Assembly: GCA_963924565.1 (NCBI GenBank)
Contig: OZ004611.1
Span: 20,894,001-20,958,000 of the forward strand
Reading direction: 5' to 3'
From: Ascidiella aspersa
Taxonomy: Eukaryota
Length of the DNA stretch: 64,000 nt
The translations under genes were made by a program, and so were the position numbers. Shown here piece by piece: positions 49,223 through 63,661 of the stretch (within the stretch, counting starts at the first letter, position 1; every line of letters begins with the position of its first letter). The notes beneath the pieces were generated by a model. The model ran no database searches. It saw only the letters and a list, made by a program, of their open reading frames with translations, and was not told the origin of the DNA.

Positions 49223-50472
49223 ATGGAAAACCGCCCGGCCGCCTATGCACTACATCAAAGCCACCTAACCAGCAACAACAAAGGCAACTTGCGCGATAAC
49301 CAGGTTTCAGTCAGCAGCGAATACGACATCGGGAAAAGCACATTCATTCCGCCGGAAAACGACGTCGAAAAGCCGGCGCGAAATATTTCGAACGCCGATT
49401 GCGTCGCCCCTGCCAGCGAGTCACGTGACGACGAGGATTTAGTGACGTCGACAACCAGCCACGAGGAGGATTATTTTTCCAAGTAGGTTTTGTCCAATGC
49501 ACCTTTTCAAGACGAACTTTTTCGATTGTGCTATGTTTTTGATACATTTTGCACCCATATATAAAAAGCGTTTGTTTATTTAAAGATTTTGGTTCAACCG
49601 CTTATGACTTTTAAAAATCGACAACAAAATTAGAGACAACGTTTTTTTAAAGTTTAGAAACCGTTTATGAATCGTAAAAAATTATAAGTTTTTGGTGAAT
49701 TAGTCAGGATATTTCATTTCGCAATGTAAGAGCTAAAGTTAAACTAACAGTTTGGGAGGCATTTGTGTTTTTGACGCATTTTATGCAAGGAGACTAGGTT
49801 AAAGCTTTTTGAATATAATGTAGTCTGTCGAGTAACCAGCATACATTTTTTTAACCTCGTTTTGTTTTAAATTGTTATAAATTGGTTAAATTATATTACC
49901 TCGTTTTACGTGTTATTTTGTTTAACGCCGAATTAATATTTTTTTAAGGGGTTTTATATTTTTTTTATTTTTAAAACGTTCTTATCGATTTTACCTACTG
50001 AATCTATATGGCATTTTGAAGCTCTTCCAATTCGGATACCAACCCTGACGTAAGCAGTGCCACGTCATCACGGCGTCACCCGCCCGCCTTCTTGCGTCAC
50101 CAGTTGCGACTGACCAGTCGCGCAACGTCACACACAGAGACGGCTGCCGCAACCAGCACGACGTCATTTGGTAGGTCATTGTTTATGTAAACGAAAATAA
50201 ACCTCAGCAGAGAGGAGGTACGTAAACGTCTCATAAACACAGTTCAGACCTGAAAAATGTTGCAGTTTTTATTTTTTAAGGCAAAAGTTAAAGCTAACCA
50301 GCCTTCAATGTACAGTCCTTGTGTCTCTGGTCTGCAGTGGTGCAGCATCTGTCAAAATGAGCCAAAAGTGTGTACAGAATTATCCAAGATGGTAGAAATG
50401 CTTAACACACATTTTTTAATTAAAAAACATCAAGTAGTGTCAGCCGACAATCTCAGTTTGAAATTAACTTAA
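49223..50472 (+). CDS. Possible two-exon orphan ORF (49223-49482, 50316-50472), 138 aa
   Basis: MENRPAAYALHQ...HEEDYFS with donor AA|gtaggt joins in phase to acag|T CCT (NPCVSGLQWCSICQNEPKVC...). No family recognised. Confidence 0.35.
50046..50166. promoter_or_regulatory. Cluster of six CRE half-sites (CGTCA/TGACG)
   Basis: Sites at 50046, 50063, 50074, 50095, 50126 and 50162. Confidence 0.55.
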
Positions 50473-53400
50473 AAAACTTTTCGTATCATGTTTTATTTAA
50501 ACTGCCTTTTTTGATAATATAAAATAATTGTAAGGTTTATGTTTTGACTTTTGGCGTCTGACCAGCAAAAGTTCAGACAGCTCGACATACTGACTTACCC
50601 TTATAAATGTAAAGGGTTTAAGAAAAGTTGTGTTGAAACACGTTAGTACTCTTGTTTTTAAATTGAAAAAAGTTATTTAAAAAAACTGAAATAAAAAATG
50701 CTTTGCTTTACTTAATAATAATTATTCAGTGACGGAATCCAAGTATGTATCCGATAGGCAATCATAAGAGGAAATGTGTCAAAAAAGGAAGGGAATTACC
50801 GGCCGCTTTGGCACCTGGCGATACGTATGATGGTCAGTGGTGTGATGCAACTAACCTCTCAGAAACCGCACAAAGTTTCCCTGGCGGTCAGCCAAATCGC
50901 TACCACGCCTCTTTTTTTAAAAGGCGACTGTTAATTTTGCGCTTGAAACTTAAAGCCGAGCCCGTGGCTCACTTGTAACGCAAACTGAAATTACGCGTAT
51001 TGCGGTTCTCAAATCGTCACGTTCAATTCTCCGTCTGAGGCTTATTTTGCGTCGATTAAGGAGATTAGAGAACTTCGCGCTTTGTTCTGTCATCCAAATG
51101 TCATATATTATTACCGTAACACTGAGAAATACTTTCCTTTAAATAAGCGGTTCCCGGCCCGGGGATCACAAGAGGTTATCCTGGGTTGGCCGAGTACTAT
51201 GTGTTAAAGTAACATTTCACAGGAAAAAATAAACGATAATAAAGAATACAAAAAGCACCGACCAGTCTAACATTTTGTGTACATTTAATTAAACACTGGG
51301 TTTAAATTTAAATTTTCAACCTTGGAAGACGCATTGGTTGGTTATTTAGAGTCCTTTAGATCAGTTTTTCGTTAGAAAATTCCACTTGCGGGATACATGG
51401 CCGTCAAATGCCGACCTCTAATTACACAGCAAAATCCACGTCGCGTGTTTGAAAAATGCGCGACTGTTGCGTCACAATGAAAATCACAATTCGGATTGAT
51501 CCGACGGCTCCTCGACGTATGCTGTTTAGATTGGCCGCTTAATACAGCTAACGATCTCTCGTCTATCATTCGCCAACGAAGAAGTAAGGCGGCGCGTCGG
51601 CGGGCAAGCCACAATCCTGTTTTCACCGTAAACCGGCTCCAGGTGCTGTTTGGTTACGTCCCGAGGTATTACCTGGTCTTAAGTCCCGCACCCGGGTCGA
51701 GCTTGTTGTTTGTGTCCCTAAGACGAACATAGAAGGTGACCAAGACCAAATTCCTCGCGCAAGATGCGAAACCCCAAACGTGCTGTGAAACGGTGCCGCG
51801 TTGTTATCGCAGGGACACTATTGTCACTAGGGTTTGATTAAACGGTGGGGAAGGCGGGCAGCCGAATATGTTAAAATGGGTAAAGTGCTACCCCATGTCC
51901 TATCGGTCAACCGTGGTTTGGAAGATACGCGATTGTTTTTTTTTAATGAAAGAGTTTAAACATTTCGGTTGTTTGTGTTCTAGGAAAGGTACTATTACAT
52001 CACACTGGAAACTGCTGAAGAGAAACTAGAATGAGTTTGTTTGTTGTAAATTTTTACATAGTCTTAATTGGAAAGTTGAATTCCCTCATTAACTGTCAAC
52101 GTGCTGTAAAAATAATTAATTTTAAAGACACCATTTATTACCAATTGAGTACTTAAAATACTAATGGCGTTTTTATCTGCGCTTTATACTCTGGCGAAGA
52201 TCGAATAAACAAATCCTTAAAAATCCTATTGGTCTGCTTTTTATAAGTTATCCGCCTTTAACGCCCCCAACCCCCCTCCCCCCAAATAAAACCCTCCCTG
52301 GTTTTATTTCATTTTCTGCCAAGTAGACCAAAGTTTGTGTATATACAGCGTTTACAGACAGGTCCGTTAATGTGACCTTAAACATAACCAGCCGCTTGGA
52401 CGAAACCGCCTCTTGCAACAAACAAGTACGCAGCTGCGCTGTGCAGCTAATTTCACGCTTCTATTTCGGTACCGCCGTCTCATTTACGATGTTTTGTTTC
52501 GCTCGTCGACGTTATGCTCACGCTGCCAACTGGGGCATTTTTCGTTATCCGGTTTGTCTTCGTTGCAAAGCATCACGAAGTGGATCCAAATATGTTTGTC
52601 ATATCATAAGCTACGGGTAGGCATAGAGAGTAAACTTGAATTGATCCTCTTCGATCGTTATTTTTTATTAAAGATATGGATTTTCAAAAGATAACCAAAC
52701 GTAAATTGCAAATTGCTCAAGGTTTGGCGTTTAAGCAACAGTTACTGTTCTTACACATTCGTTAACGTTTGTATTTCGTATTGTCAAAAGTGTGAAAATT
52801 GGTGGATATTGCTGTACTTTTTGTGCTGCATATTGGAGGCACTACACTTCAGATGTTGCTCAGCGCTCACAACTCGTTTCTGTCGAAAAAAATAAAATGG
52901 CCTGTTCTACGGGGCACCACGGCGCCACCTAGCGAGACAAAACTCGGGAGAACTTTCTTTTTTAATATTTCGTTGTTTATGCGCGTTTTGGGTTTGGCGG
53001 ATTAAGGCCATTGTTGTTCCGATATCGCACGAATACATGTCGTAAATCTGATTCTAATTCGATGAGCGCTATTGTTGTCCAAGCCACGAGCACACACGCC
53101 AAGTGTTGAATTAATGTTGCTTGTGCTGATCCCCGGCAAATCACCGAAGACGCAACGACGCCAAAATTAATTCGGGCGTGTTTACCTATAATGGGCTCAA
53201 ATAAATTCGTTTACTAGACCAAAGTATTATATTTGTCCAAATTAGACTTTTTCCTGTGTGAGGCTTTTAAATATACTTTTTCTGTGAAATATTTCTGGTG
53301 TATTCAGTTCGGCAAATATTGAAGGCATCCCAAGCCAGTATAGTATGTACAGTTTTAAAAATAAGTCATTCTGAACTCTAAGTCTTGTCTTTGGAAAATA

Positions 53401-56400
53401 TCTCATGTCAAGTTAATATGAGTTAATATCTAAGAATTTTTTTGGTTTTATACGACACCAAAAACGTATAGCGAGCAAACGTGTAGAATATTCCGTACAA
53501 TAGCCACAGACCACTAAAATTTAACGAACATAGCAAGAAGTCCACTTCGAATATTGGTCTGAGTGATTTAGGTTAAAAAAAGAAGAGGTTTTTTTTCTAC
53601 AGCACACCGCTTGTAATTTTTTTGTAATTTTAGAACTTTTATCGTCGCCGTTATGTGTTCTGTTGGAGGGCAAGATTTTGTTGCGGAAACACATACCAAG
53701 CTTATTTTTTTCTACTAACAAAAATTGTGCCAACCGAATTTTCAATTTTTAAAGTTTAGCCAAGTCAAGTCGTTTACACATAATTAAAAGACTTTGAGAC
53801 AAGGGTAAGTGCAACACGCGTGACCGGCAATACCAAGTAAAAAACAACTGCAGCCGGTCTACGTTTTATGGAATCTGTCGAGTCCACTGCGTCACATCGG
53901 TCGGAGCTTCCATGCGTTAAATCCGCGAAGATTTTTCGGTTAATGCGCGAAACCTTGATTCGGCCTGCTCCCTAATTGCCCGCCGCCGGTTAGCTGAAAT
54001 AACGCGAGGCACGGGATGGGTTGTTTCCAGGCACAACAGCAAGTTCGAGTTTTTTTCGCTGACTTTCGAACGTTTAGAATTGCGGATCTTCGCTGAACTG
54101 GAAAAACGACTGGAGTGATGGGCGCTACAGTCGAAATGGCGGCGGCAGTCAGTAAGATAATAGTCGTCCTAAAATTGCCAAAGCTGACCGAAAAGTGATC
54201 TTTATTCGTAAGACAATATGGCAGAAAAGGTTAAAATAAATCAAGCAATGCGTAGTTTTGGAATTATTATATAGATTTTCAGTCAACACTAATTTTGAGC
54301 AGACAGGCGTATTCAAGTACTTTCTTCGAAACTAATATTTTCTGCACATATAGTTGGTTTATAGTTTTGTGTCGCTGCAGAAAGATGTAATTGCAGTAAG
54401 GTTGTGGCGTTACTTATTTTTCTGCAAGTTTTTCAAGATGAACTCTAAAAGATTATATTGAAAACAAATAGATAACAAACAGATTTGAATTTTTTTATGA
54501 GCAAATATTATTCTTAATAGTTAATATTCCTTCTGCAAATGGTTTATGTTAGGTTCAGACAAGCATTAGACGTTTATTGTGAGCGTTGACCCCCGAAGTA
54601 GTTTATCAACTGTTCCGTTTCACAGGTCTCGAAACGATTTGGAAACTCGATGGGATTGTAAAATCTATTTATAAACCCAGGCAACACCGCGTATTGAATT
54701 TAAATGCACTCGGTCCTACAATTACTGAAGACCGCTCTAAACAACGAGATAGTGTAATGAGCCCGAATAGACGCATTCCTCCCCGCAAACTCCCCCGTGA
54801 AACAACGCCTGAACTTCGCCTGACCCCTAATTACCCCGAGGCGCCAACGAAAATCTCCTTATACCCCCTCCCCAGCGTCTTACCCGCGCATGACGTACCC
54901 CTATCACTCGCCGCTCGAAGAAAACAGGTGAAACGGCCGGCTTCCACCGGTCGCGCTGTGATGTCACAATCATGATTGAATGCTGTTGTGTACGTTCGAA
55001 AATCGCCGCCCACCCACGTCGCACCACAGCACCACAGCACCAGCAGAGCTGCCGCCGCCGCCGCCTCGCCTTGAGCCCAACCACACTGTATCACTTCTTG
55101 CCATTTATGTGGAAATTTTCGCCGTGCCTGAACGAACAGACTGGGCTAGTGTCGTTTGAGGCGGTTTGCGTTTGTCGTGCTTTACCAGGCTGTGCCGTAG
55201 AAAGAGAAACACGAAGTCGTTTACGACGAAAAGGCGTCGGGAGAAGGCCAGATGTTTTTCGCCGACACTTTTTAACGAAAATAAATGGCCTCAAGGAACA
55301 GAGAGCATTAACCAATGGCAAAGTATCCAGGATTTGGCTTAACTTTGCCGCGACAGACAGCTCGGCATAAAGCAGGCGTTTTTTGATTGATGCGCCTAGA
55401 TTGTTCCAGATTGTGGCAGGTATATTTTAAGGATTTCTTTTTGGCAGTTTTATTTTTAGGACTCAGCAGTACAGGCAGGCATAAAATCTAATCTGCAACA
55501 GCGTTTGTGGTAAAAACTGCCCAGTGTTTTTCGGATTTGTTTGTTAGCAACACGTTATGTCACATAAAGCGGAATGGGATTCCAAAAAGCTTATTCATAT
55601 ATATTAGTAGTAATATCGCGGGCCGCTGTTTTGTTTGCTATTATGTCAACCTAGCCAACACCTTGGAAAAATAAGGAGGTGTTTTGCATATTGGAATGTG
55701 ATACAACCGGATCAAACGTTTCAACGAATCCAATGCGCCTATAAATCTAAGCCTATAGCAGAGCGCACGGCGCAGGCCAATTTTGCGAGTTTAGCTGACG
55801 TTTCCGACAAGCAAAGCAGTTGTACAGCTGGCTTCACAATCCCAAAGCCTCACAGGAATTGGCCAAGTCGCACCACAAGTCTTAACCGAGATCTCTACGT
55901 GCGGCTTTTAGTCCTGCGGCGCGACCCGACGGCACGATTTGGCCGAAGAAAATGGCTTAGGCCGTAGCCGGTAAACAGAGCCAGCAGTTAATCCTATTAC
56001 GATGCTGGCCCTTTGCAGCCGGCCGCTTAGAAATCGTAATTGCGCACTGACAGCAAGCTTTTTAGTACGCCGAGTTAATGCGAATTGTTGTCGTGAGCTT
56101 GTCGACCCAGGCACAGTTACCCGTTGTTTGCAGCTGCCCGGTTTTCGCTTGTACTCATAACGCTCGTTTGTTTGTTGGTTCGGGAAAGGCCAAGTGCACT
56201 TTGCCGTTCAAAGAAGGATTTTGGAAAGATTTTACGGTTTACCGTGTAACACTGTTATATACAGTTAGTACATTTAAATAAATCAGAAGTCACCGTTTTG
56301 GCGTCATTGCTTTACGCTGTTCCACACTATTTGCTCCAGGGGGTTTTAAGCGTATTAAATCTTCCTTGAAATGTAAAAGGACTCCACCAAAACAAACTGA

Positions 56401-56925
56401 GTTAAAGGCAAACTCATATTCAACCAGAACTCGTACACACTATACAAGCTGTCAAATGATTCATATTTTCTAAAAATCTAAGAGATAGAGTTCCACTTGC
56501 TAATATAAATATTAACAGGTAATAGGATAAATTCAAAACAAACCTTTTGCAGACGACTTATAACTTCCTTGTTAGCCAAACTTAAAAAAAAGATATTTAG
56601 ACGAACATTCCGCGCAAGATTGTGCCGGATAATTTTAAATTGAGTTTAAATGTTATTGTTACGATTACATAAGAAGGAGCATTTTCGAGAAATAAGGTCG
56701 CTTTGCCTTACACTATGACTGTATGACCTCAATGAGTGGCTTTGGTTACTTAATGAACGGTAACTGGTACTATCCCGTTTAAAGTTATATTAGCGTGCTT
56801 GTTAAGTATTTTCGGGTGATGTTTCAATACGAAGACATTTCCCCCCATGGTATCCATTAGGCTCAGCATCTGCTTTGACAAACTTGTTTTTTCGCTTTGC
56901 ATAATATGGCCATGGCTAGCCAATA

Positions 56926-57092
56926 AGGGTGAACCGTCAGAAATGGATGATAGCTTGCGGGCAGGACGGATATTCCGGGTGTGCTGTTATATATACACGA
57001 GATAGTTTTATCATATTATGAGAGAAGGGTTAATTAAAATCCGGAGATAGATGCTAGGGGTGAACAAAACTAAAAAAGTTTAAGAAGCACTG
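56926..57092. mobile_element. hAT MITE fragment
   Basis: Matches 31630-31969; ends GTTAAGAAGCACTG. Confidence 0.7.
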
Positions 57093-60000
57093 AGTTAGCC
57101 TACGTGAAAATGCTATGTAAAAGACGGATTGTGGAAAGCGGCGACACCCCGATTTACATGCATTTGCTGTGCCCTGTGGTCAACCGAGTTCCCGAGTTTC
57201 TACGCAATCGCCTGACTCATGCGCAATTAGATACGGCGGGGGCCGTCGGCGGAACGATTCACGCGTTTTATCTCGTTAATTTCCTGTGGCGCAACGATTC
57301 CGCCATGTCTACTGGTGTTTTCTTCTCACAAACTGACTCTCGGCCGCTTGTCCCTCGCCTAACCCCGCCCGAAACTTGGAAAATGTGTCTAAACTGCTCT
57401 CGGCGACTGCGCGAACTAGATCTGGGAGTTATTTGCCCGAAATTGCTCGTTCGCTAAAAGTCCCGTTGAGATTTTAACGCCGTGCTTTGACTCGGTTTTG
57501 CTGGGAGTTAGGTGTGAATCTGTCGTCCGAATGCCTGTCAGAGCTGGCAGATTGAAGAAAAGCAGCATTTAGCTTGGTTTGTTGCCTTGAACTTTTAAAC
57601 CCTGTACACGCGGAAGTTGAAAAAGCCAACTGGGATTCGTTTACGGCTTGCTTTTATGACTGTTGCCTTTGTCATGTAAGTTCTCGTAAAAATGAATGTC
57701 AGCCTATTTCAAATCGGAAGGGTTAGTTTTTATGTTATTTAAAAAAAATCAGTATAGCATAATTATTTAATATTGTTTTGTATAGTATAACATCAGACTA
57801 GGCAAAATAAATATATAACATTCGCAGATGTCTAAAGAAATGTATAAGTATCCGAAAACGCGATGATGGCACAACTTTTTTACAAATTGCTTCTTGTTGT
57901 AAAAAAACGTAGCCCTAATATCTTGCGTGATTTAAGTTTTTATGTCAGTTTTGAATTACCGCAGCACTAAAAGTGGCAGTAAACATTTGATACTTTTTCT
58001 TTTATCCTGAAATAAATATAAAAACATCATAATTGACCAGACTAGTCACTAAATTTCGCCAGACTTGGAAGTACTTAATTTTATAAAGGTTTCATTAGAG
58101 TAATTTTGCTAATAGGCCCAACCGAAGATACATTTTCTGCAGCAGTGTGTAAAACCGCAATTAGGCCGAAAGTATGCGCTGGCTAATTTTGACGAAATTT
58201 TAATTAGACCGCCTCGGCAATCAGCCAGTAGAACGATGCTGCTTTGTGGAACGGGTTGACGAAATCAGTGGTGCAGCTGTTCAGAAGTAAACCCGGAATT
58301 CTTGTTGGCGTTTACTGTTTTGCTGCAAGATGCCAGAAGTTGCGAGCGGAATTTTGCCTTTAGGGCTCATACCGTCTTGCCTCAGCGCTCTCGACAATTA
58401 TAACGAGCAAATATCGAGGTTTAGCGTTGCTTGTGAGTTCCTAGCTGTCAGCCTACTTTTGTAAGCCCCTCTGTTTTAAGACTTTAGGTGGCCGGTTGTC
58501 CTAAAATCGATGAAAAATTGGCACGTGAAATTTATTTCACGGACAAACCATGCACTATGTTTTTCATAATCAGAAGCAAGCGAAGTTTACAGGGAACCAG
58601 CATCCTATTTATCAAGATCACAACGTGATGAGTCTCATTGTTAAGCGGTGCAGCTTGTTTTGATTGTAGAGTGTTTGCGGTTCGATCTTGGAGAACACGA
58701 TCGCGCCGGAATGACCCATAACACGTTGTTGTACTTGTTAAATCTGTGGCATGCGCTCATTTCAGTCCTTTATACAATCGCTGTCAAAAAAACGCTTAAA
58801 TACAAAATACCGTTCGGATGCCGATCCGACTAGAACTAAAGTGGATATTTAGGCGGCGGCAAAGCAAGATATTCAAGGCAAAGCTGGATGACTTTATGAG
58901 TTGTTTTGATGCACAACTTAGGCAAAATACAACATTAAATATTTATATATTATTAGTTTTAAACAGCCTGTTATTTAGGGGAAATACATTTAAGGATTTG
59001 AAGTTTCAGCTATCTCGGTCAGTTGGCTATTTTAGCAGTCGGTGTTACATAGGATGTTTGCTTCATTACCTAAAAGAAAGAAATCGGATTAAAACGCGCG
59101 GCCTACCGCATCTTTATCGGGCTATTTCGTCTTTCGCCCGTTTTCTCTGCCCAAATTTTCCTCCTCCTGTTTTTAGAAGAGTAAGCTAATTTGCCGCTTT
59201 CGGGATCAAACCGCAAGACGCAAATATTGTCGCGCCTTGCCCGGCCCATATCCGGCCCGAATTTCGACACAGTGGCCGCGCGGAGATGATTAGCCTGTTG
59301 TGGCATACACAAGCAAAAGCGCGACGGCCTAGCGGACTAACGAACGCTCGCATACCGTCGACTTAATCCGATTGAACAAGCCTCGGCTGTCCAGCTTTTT
59401 AGCAGGCGTTTTCAGGTGACCGGTAATTTTGAGGAAAGGTCGCCTTGTTGCTGTTGACCCGAAGTTTGTAATCTCTTGTTGAAGTTGAGCGGGCAGTAAA
59501 AAGGGATTTGTGTGCTGATAACACCTTGGTAACGAAGGGGTGTGGTTTTGTGGCGGATTTTTGTCGTGTTGTTGCTAAGGAAGAATGAGATTCCTAAAAT
59601 AATAAACAGCCAAAGGGTACGAGAAAGCGAAAAACAACTCGAAGTGTTATATTAAAAACTATTTAGAAATTCTTTAAAAAGAAGCGATTTGCTGACTTGC
59701 GTGCTTTTTTATTCCAAGCTGTTTGAAACCATATTGCAATAGGTCGATATTTGGTTTTAATATATAAATACAGTTGTTGGGTGTATTGCCGCTTCTGCTT
59801 GTAAATTTTGAACAAATGCATTCACACTGACTTGACTTACAGAGTTATGCTTACAAAAAAACAAGTTTTGTCGTTGTTTTCGTAAATTTCTTTTTATGTA
59901 CACGGTACACAGGATCATAGGAAGTAGTAAACGAAACAAACTTGTGCTCTGCGGACATTGGAAATTATAACTTATACAGGATAACAGCAAAACAAGCTTT

Positions 60001-62960
60001 ACTTTAATCAATTCCCTTTTTGGGAGTCGCACTTTGAAAGACGCGTGGTTTGTTCGAAATGGACAAACGAGAAGAACACAAAGGTTCTATGACGTCATAA
60101 TGCGTCCCTCGGATGGCGGAACCGAAGAGCTGACAGATTTAATTTGGGAGTTACGCTGCGATGCCGCCGGCCTGTCAGGTGACAAGTGACAACTTAAACT
60201 TAACATAGTTTTGTGGCTCGTTGTCGAGAACCAGAGTTTTGAAGAGGCACACTTAGCGCAATCACTGACCAATTACTAAGAGATTTAAACTTGGAAATTC
60301 CCTCATTTTCGGATTTTTTAGGGCTACGATTGTATTTTGATCTTATTTATTTTCCTAAATTACTTTTTAGATAAACAATAACATCAAATCTTTTCCAAGA
60401 AATTAGTATATATAGGCTTTTAATAAACTTAAACTTTTATTCGCAGTTAACTTTACAAAAAATGTACTATTTGCTATTGTACAATTAAAAGTTGTTTCCA
60501 TCTTACTTTGTAAAATACTTTAGGTGTATTTTTGTTAAACACAAAGTTAAGTGGAACGTGATGTTCAAATTAACATAAATAACGTAATAGAGTTCGAATT
60601 CATAACAGCTGATGGAATAGAGTTTCGAATTCAAAACAGGGATGTAGGGGATTGAGATAAGATGCTATCTGCTAACCTACCTTTTGCAAGGCGTTTGCAC
60701 AGGCCATGCCAGATAACTGTTTTTCGCTATCTTTGAAATTTGCACATGCGATCAGAAATTCTGACACAATTGTTGAAAGGTTGTACTTGAACACTTCAGA
60801 GATATATGGCATTTTGAATAATTAAGCCATTTTATATGCAAGTTTTTTTAGTTACATAGAAATGTTACCAATGAAATCTAGCAAGTGAAATTCATTTTGG
60901 CAGTTAATACGCCTTTTTATTTCGCTTTGGAATATATGATTAACGTTCATTGCAAACTAATCATTCAAATAGGGATATAAAGTAATATTTTTAGCAAGAT
61001 ATCATACACCAGCTAACAGTGACATACTCTTAAGAAATCAGTTTGGTATCCGTGCTGACCCAATGAAGGCGTTTTAGCTTTAGGGAAGCATTTATACCTT
61101 AGTTTGTCGATAACTTTATTCACCAAACATCGCTTTTAAAAATAGTGCTTTTAAGTTTTAATGTTGCATTATCAGACAAACCTGGATTCTTAAGGCGGTT
61201 TTCCGCTGCGTAGTGTGTTTTTTTATTTGAGATTTGAAACCAACATACCTTGCTTGGATCAGAAAGAGTCGAAACCAAACGTTGGAATCGAATTGAATAA
61301 GGAAAAGTTTTGGTGAATCTGTTTTCATTGCTTGGCGCACCCTGTCACAGATTATGATAAACCGCAATGAGATATCTGCATTGTAACGGCGACAAGAAAT
61401 AAATTTCCGCAGACGAGTGATTAGATTTTCCAACTTATCGCTTCTCTGATTTTGTTAGATGTCAAGGCCACCCGTATTTGAAAAAAACCTAGAGCGCCGC
61501 CTCATTATTTTTTGTTTTGTTAATTCTAAAACATATTGTATTTTTTTCTGTTAAAATAATAACGTTAATTAATAAAAAACAGCACATTAGTAACACAATA
61601 GCCGTTAATGGCCTTTACAGCGTTTGAACAGTTGAGTGGCTAAATTTACATTTTTGGTATTCAGCCGTGAAAGGTATCACTTTTTTATTATTTCCTTTAT
61701 AAATTTCTAACAAAGACCAATTTACCTACCATTTACGAATCGAGGCTCTTAGTGCAATTAGGTGCCTTGTTATTACTTAACGTTTTATACACGACTATGC
61801 GCGTGAAAATTATACAAGGGTAAAATTAATTCAGGTCAGCCAGTTTCAGTCACAAGGCATCTGATATGTCAATTTATAAAACCGCCCACTCTCTTGATCG
61901 TTGACTTATTGCACCAAGTAGCTGTCGCGCAGTTCGCGTACGCCCAGGCAAAACGCTTAACGGTGCAGGTTAAATGTACTTGATTCGCCCGAGGCACCCG
62001 TGGTGTTTCGCGATGGCCGAAAAGCGCTTTTTTGTGGCGCACAATGCGGTCGCGTTTCTTCGTCAAGTCCGTCTTCGCGAAGTTTCGGCCGGGTCCGACC
62101 TGTTGTTATGAGCCGCGAAAACAAAGTAGCCCTCTCTTAACGACCGAGCGATTACATTGCGCCGTCGATGCGCTTAAAAAGTTGGAATTCATTAATGGCG
62201 ATTTGCTCGCGACAAATCCGAAGGGATTGTTGAAAACTAACTACCAGCAGTTGATGTGTAGTCGGGTCGTCGTTTGTTCGTGCCAAGTTATTCATTGACA
62301 TTTTTTTGTTGACCACGCGGTTTCAAAAAACAATCTTGTTAAATAGTTTAAACCATGCACACGTACTTATGTTGTACTTATGTTGTATGCATTGCTTGGA
62401 AGGAGGGGAAAGTAGAATTAGCTGTGTTCTTCGTTAAACAACGGATTGGCGTACTACAGTCGGTTTACCAGACAATTCGTAATGCAGGGCAACATGTTTT
62501 TTTTTTAAGTTCCCATTAGTTAATAACAAAAACAAATTAGGCCAGCGAACCTAAAACGACTTGCTACATTGAAAGGCTGAATCTCGAACCGTACCTTTTA
62601 GTAAAAAAAATGTTCAGTATTCTTATTTAGGAAACGTGAGTTGGATTTAGGGCGCCTAAAATAACAATTAACAAATTTCGTAGTAAATCACCCTATAAGC
62701 ACCACAGCACTCAAATAGAAATTGTGCATGAAAACAGAACATTTTTCAGTAGAATACCCCAAAAAACATAATTAAGACATCGTCTTAATTTGAACTTAAT
62801 TCGATCTAATCAAAAGTTGAGAATTGTTCGAATTTGGTGTGAAATTGGCTCTTAAGGCTTGACTTAAAAATTATGAAAAATTATTAGTTTACCAGGACAA
62901 CACTAGAAGGTGCTTCATTGTTGTAACATAAGCCAACAAAAAAACAAATTTTAGCAATAT

Positions 62961-62986
62961 CAGCAGCAGCAGCAGCAGCAGCAGCA
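62961..62986. repeat. (CAG)8 microsatellite
   Basis: Read directly from the sequence. Confidence 0.95.
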
Positions 62987-63661
62987 CTATACTTTGTCGC
63001 GTGCTGTTCTTCATTCAGCCGTCGCACCTCGCCGCACAGCCCCCTTAGAGCGCAGCAAAGCGATTCGGAGAAAAACACCCGTGGCCGGGGCCCGCAATCG
63101 CGCATGAACCCACAGCCCCAGGCCCCATTGGGCATTGATCTCCGAAGCGGCGTGACGCGATTTGTGGGGGCCGCCCTAAGCCCGGAGCGATTGTGTGTCG
63201 GCCTTGGCGAATTCGACACTGGCGGCGATGATAATTTATTTCTTCGCCGATCGGCTCTTGGCTTAGTTAAGCTAGGTCGATGATCCGGCGTCTTCGGCAA
63301 GTTTACAGCCGGAAAGCGATTGTCAGTGTGCGTTGTGCGCGTTCGGTGTAACCTGTGGGAAAGTATAACGGGCGCCTGTTGTTTAATGGCGGGGAGGAGC
63401 CGTTGTCGATTGTTCCCCGCTACCGTGTGAATAATTCATGACGTGCTCGCTTCTTTTTCTATTGCCGGCTTGCTACTTAAATTAACCTCCGAATTTCTTG
63501 CCGACGGTGCTCTGTTTTTGGTTACTTTATTCTACGTTAAAAAATGCGCAGGAGAGTGCTACGGTTAGTTTACTTGATTCAAAAATTGAAAAAAAATTTA
63601 CTTCGAAAATATAAATTTGGAATGAGTGCTTACAAATGGCCTAACTGAGGTCGTTTAATTA

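Noticed and set aside
46083-63300. Long ORFs in GC-rich islands (e.g. 47214-47750, 54586-54975, 62884-63300)
   Set aside because: Arg/Pro/Ala-rich, overlapping on both strands, no domain motifs or consistent splice phases; expected from local GC content.
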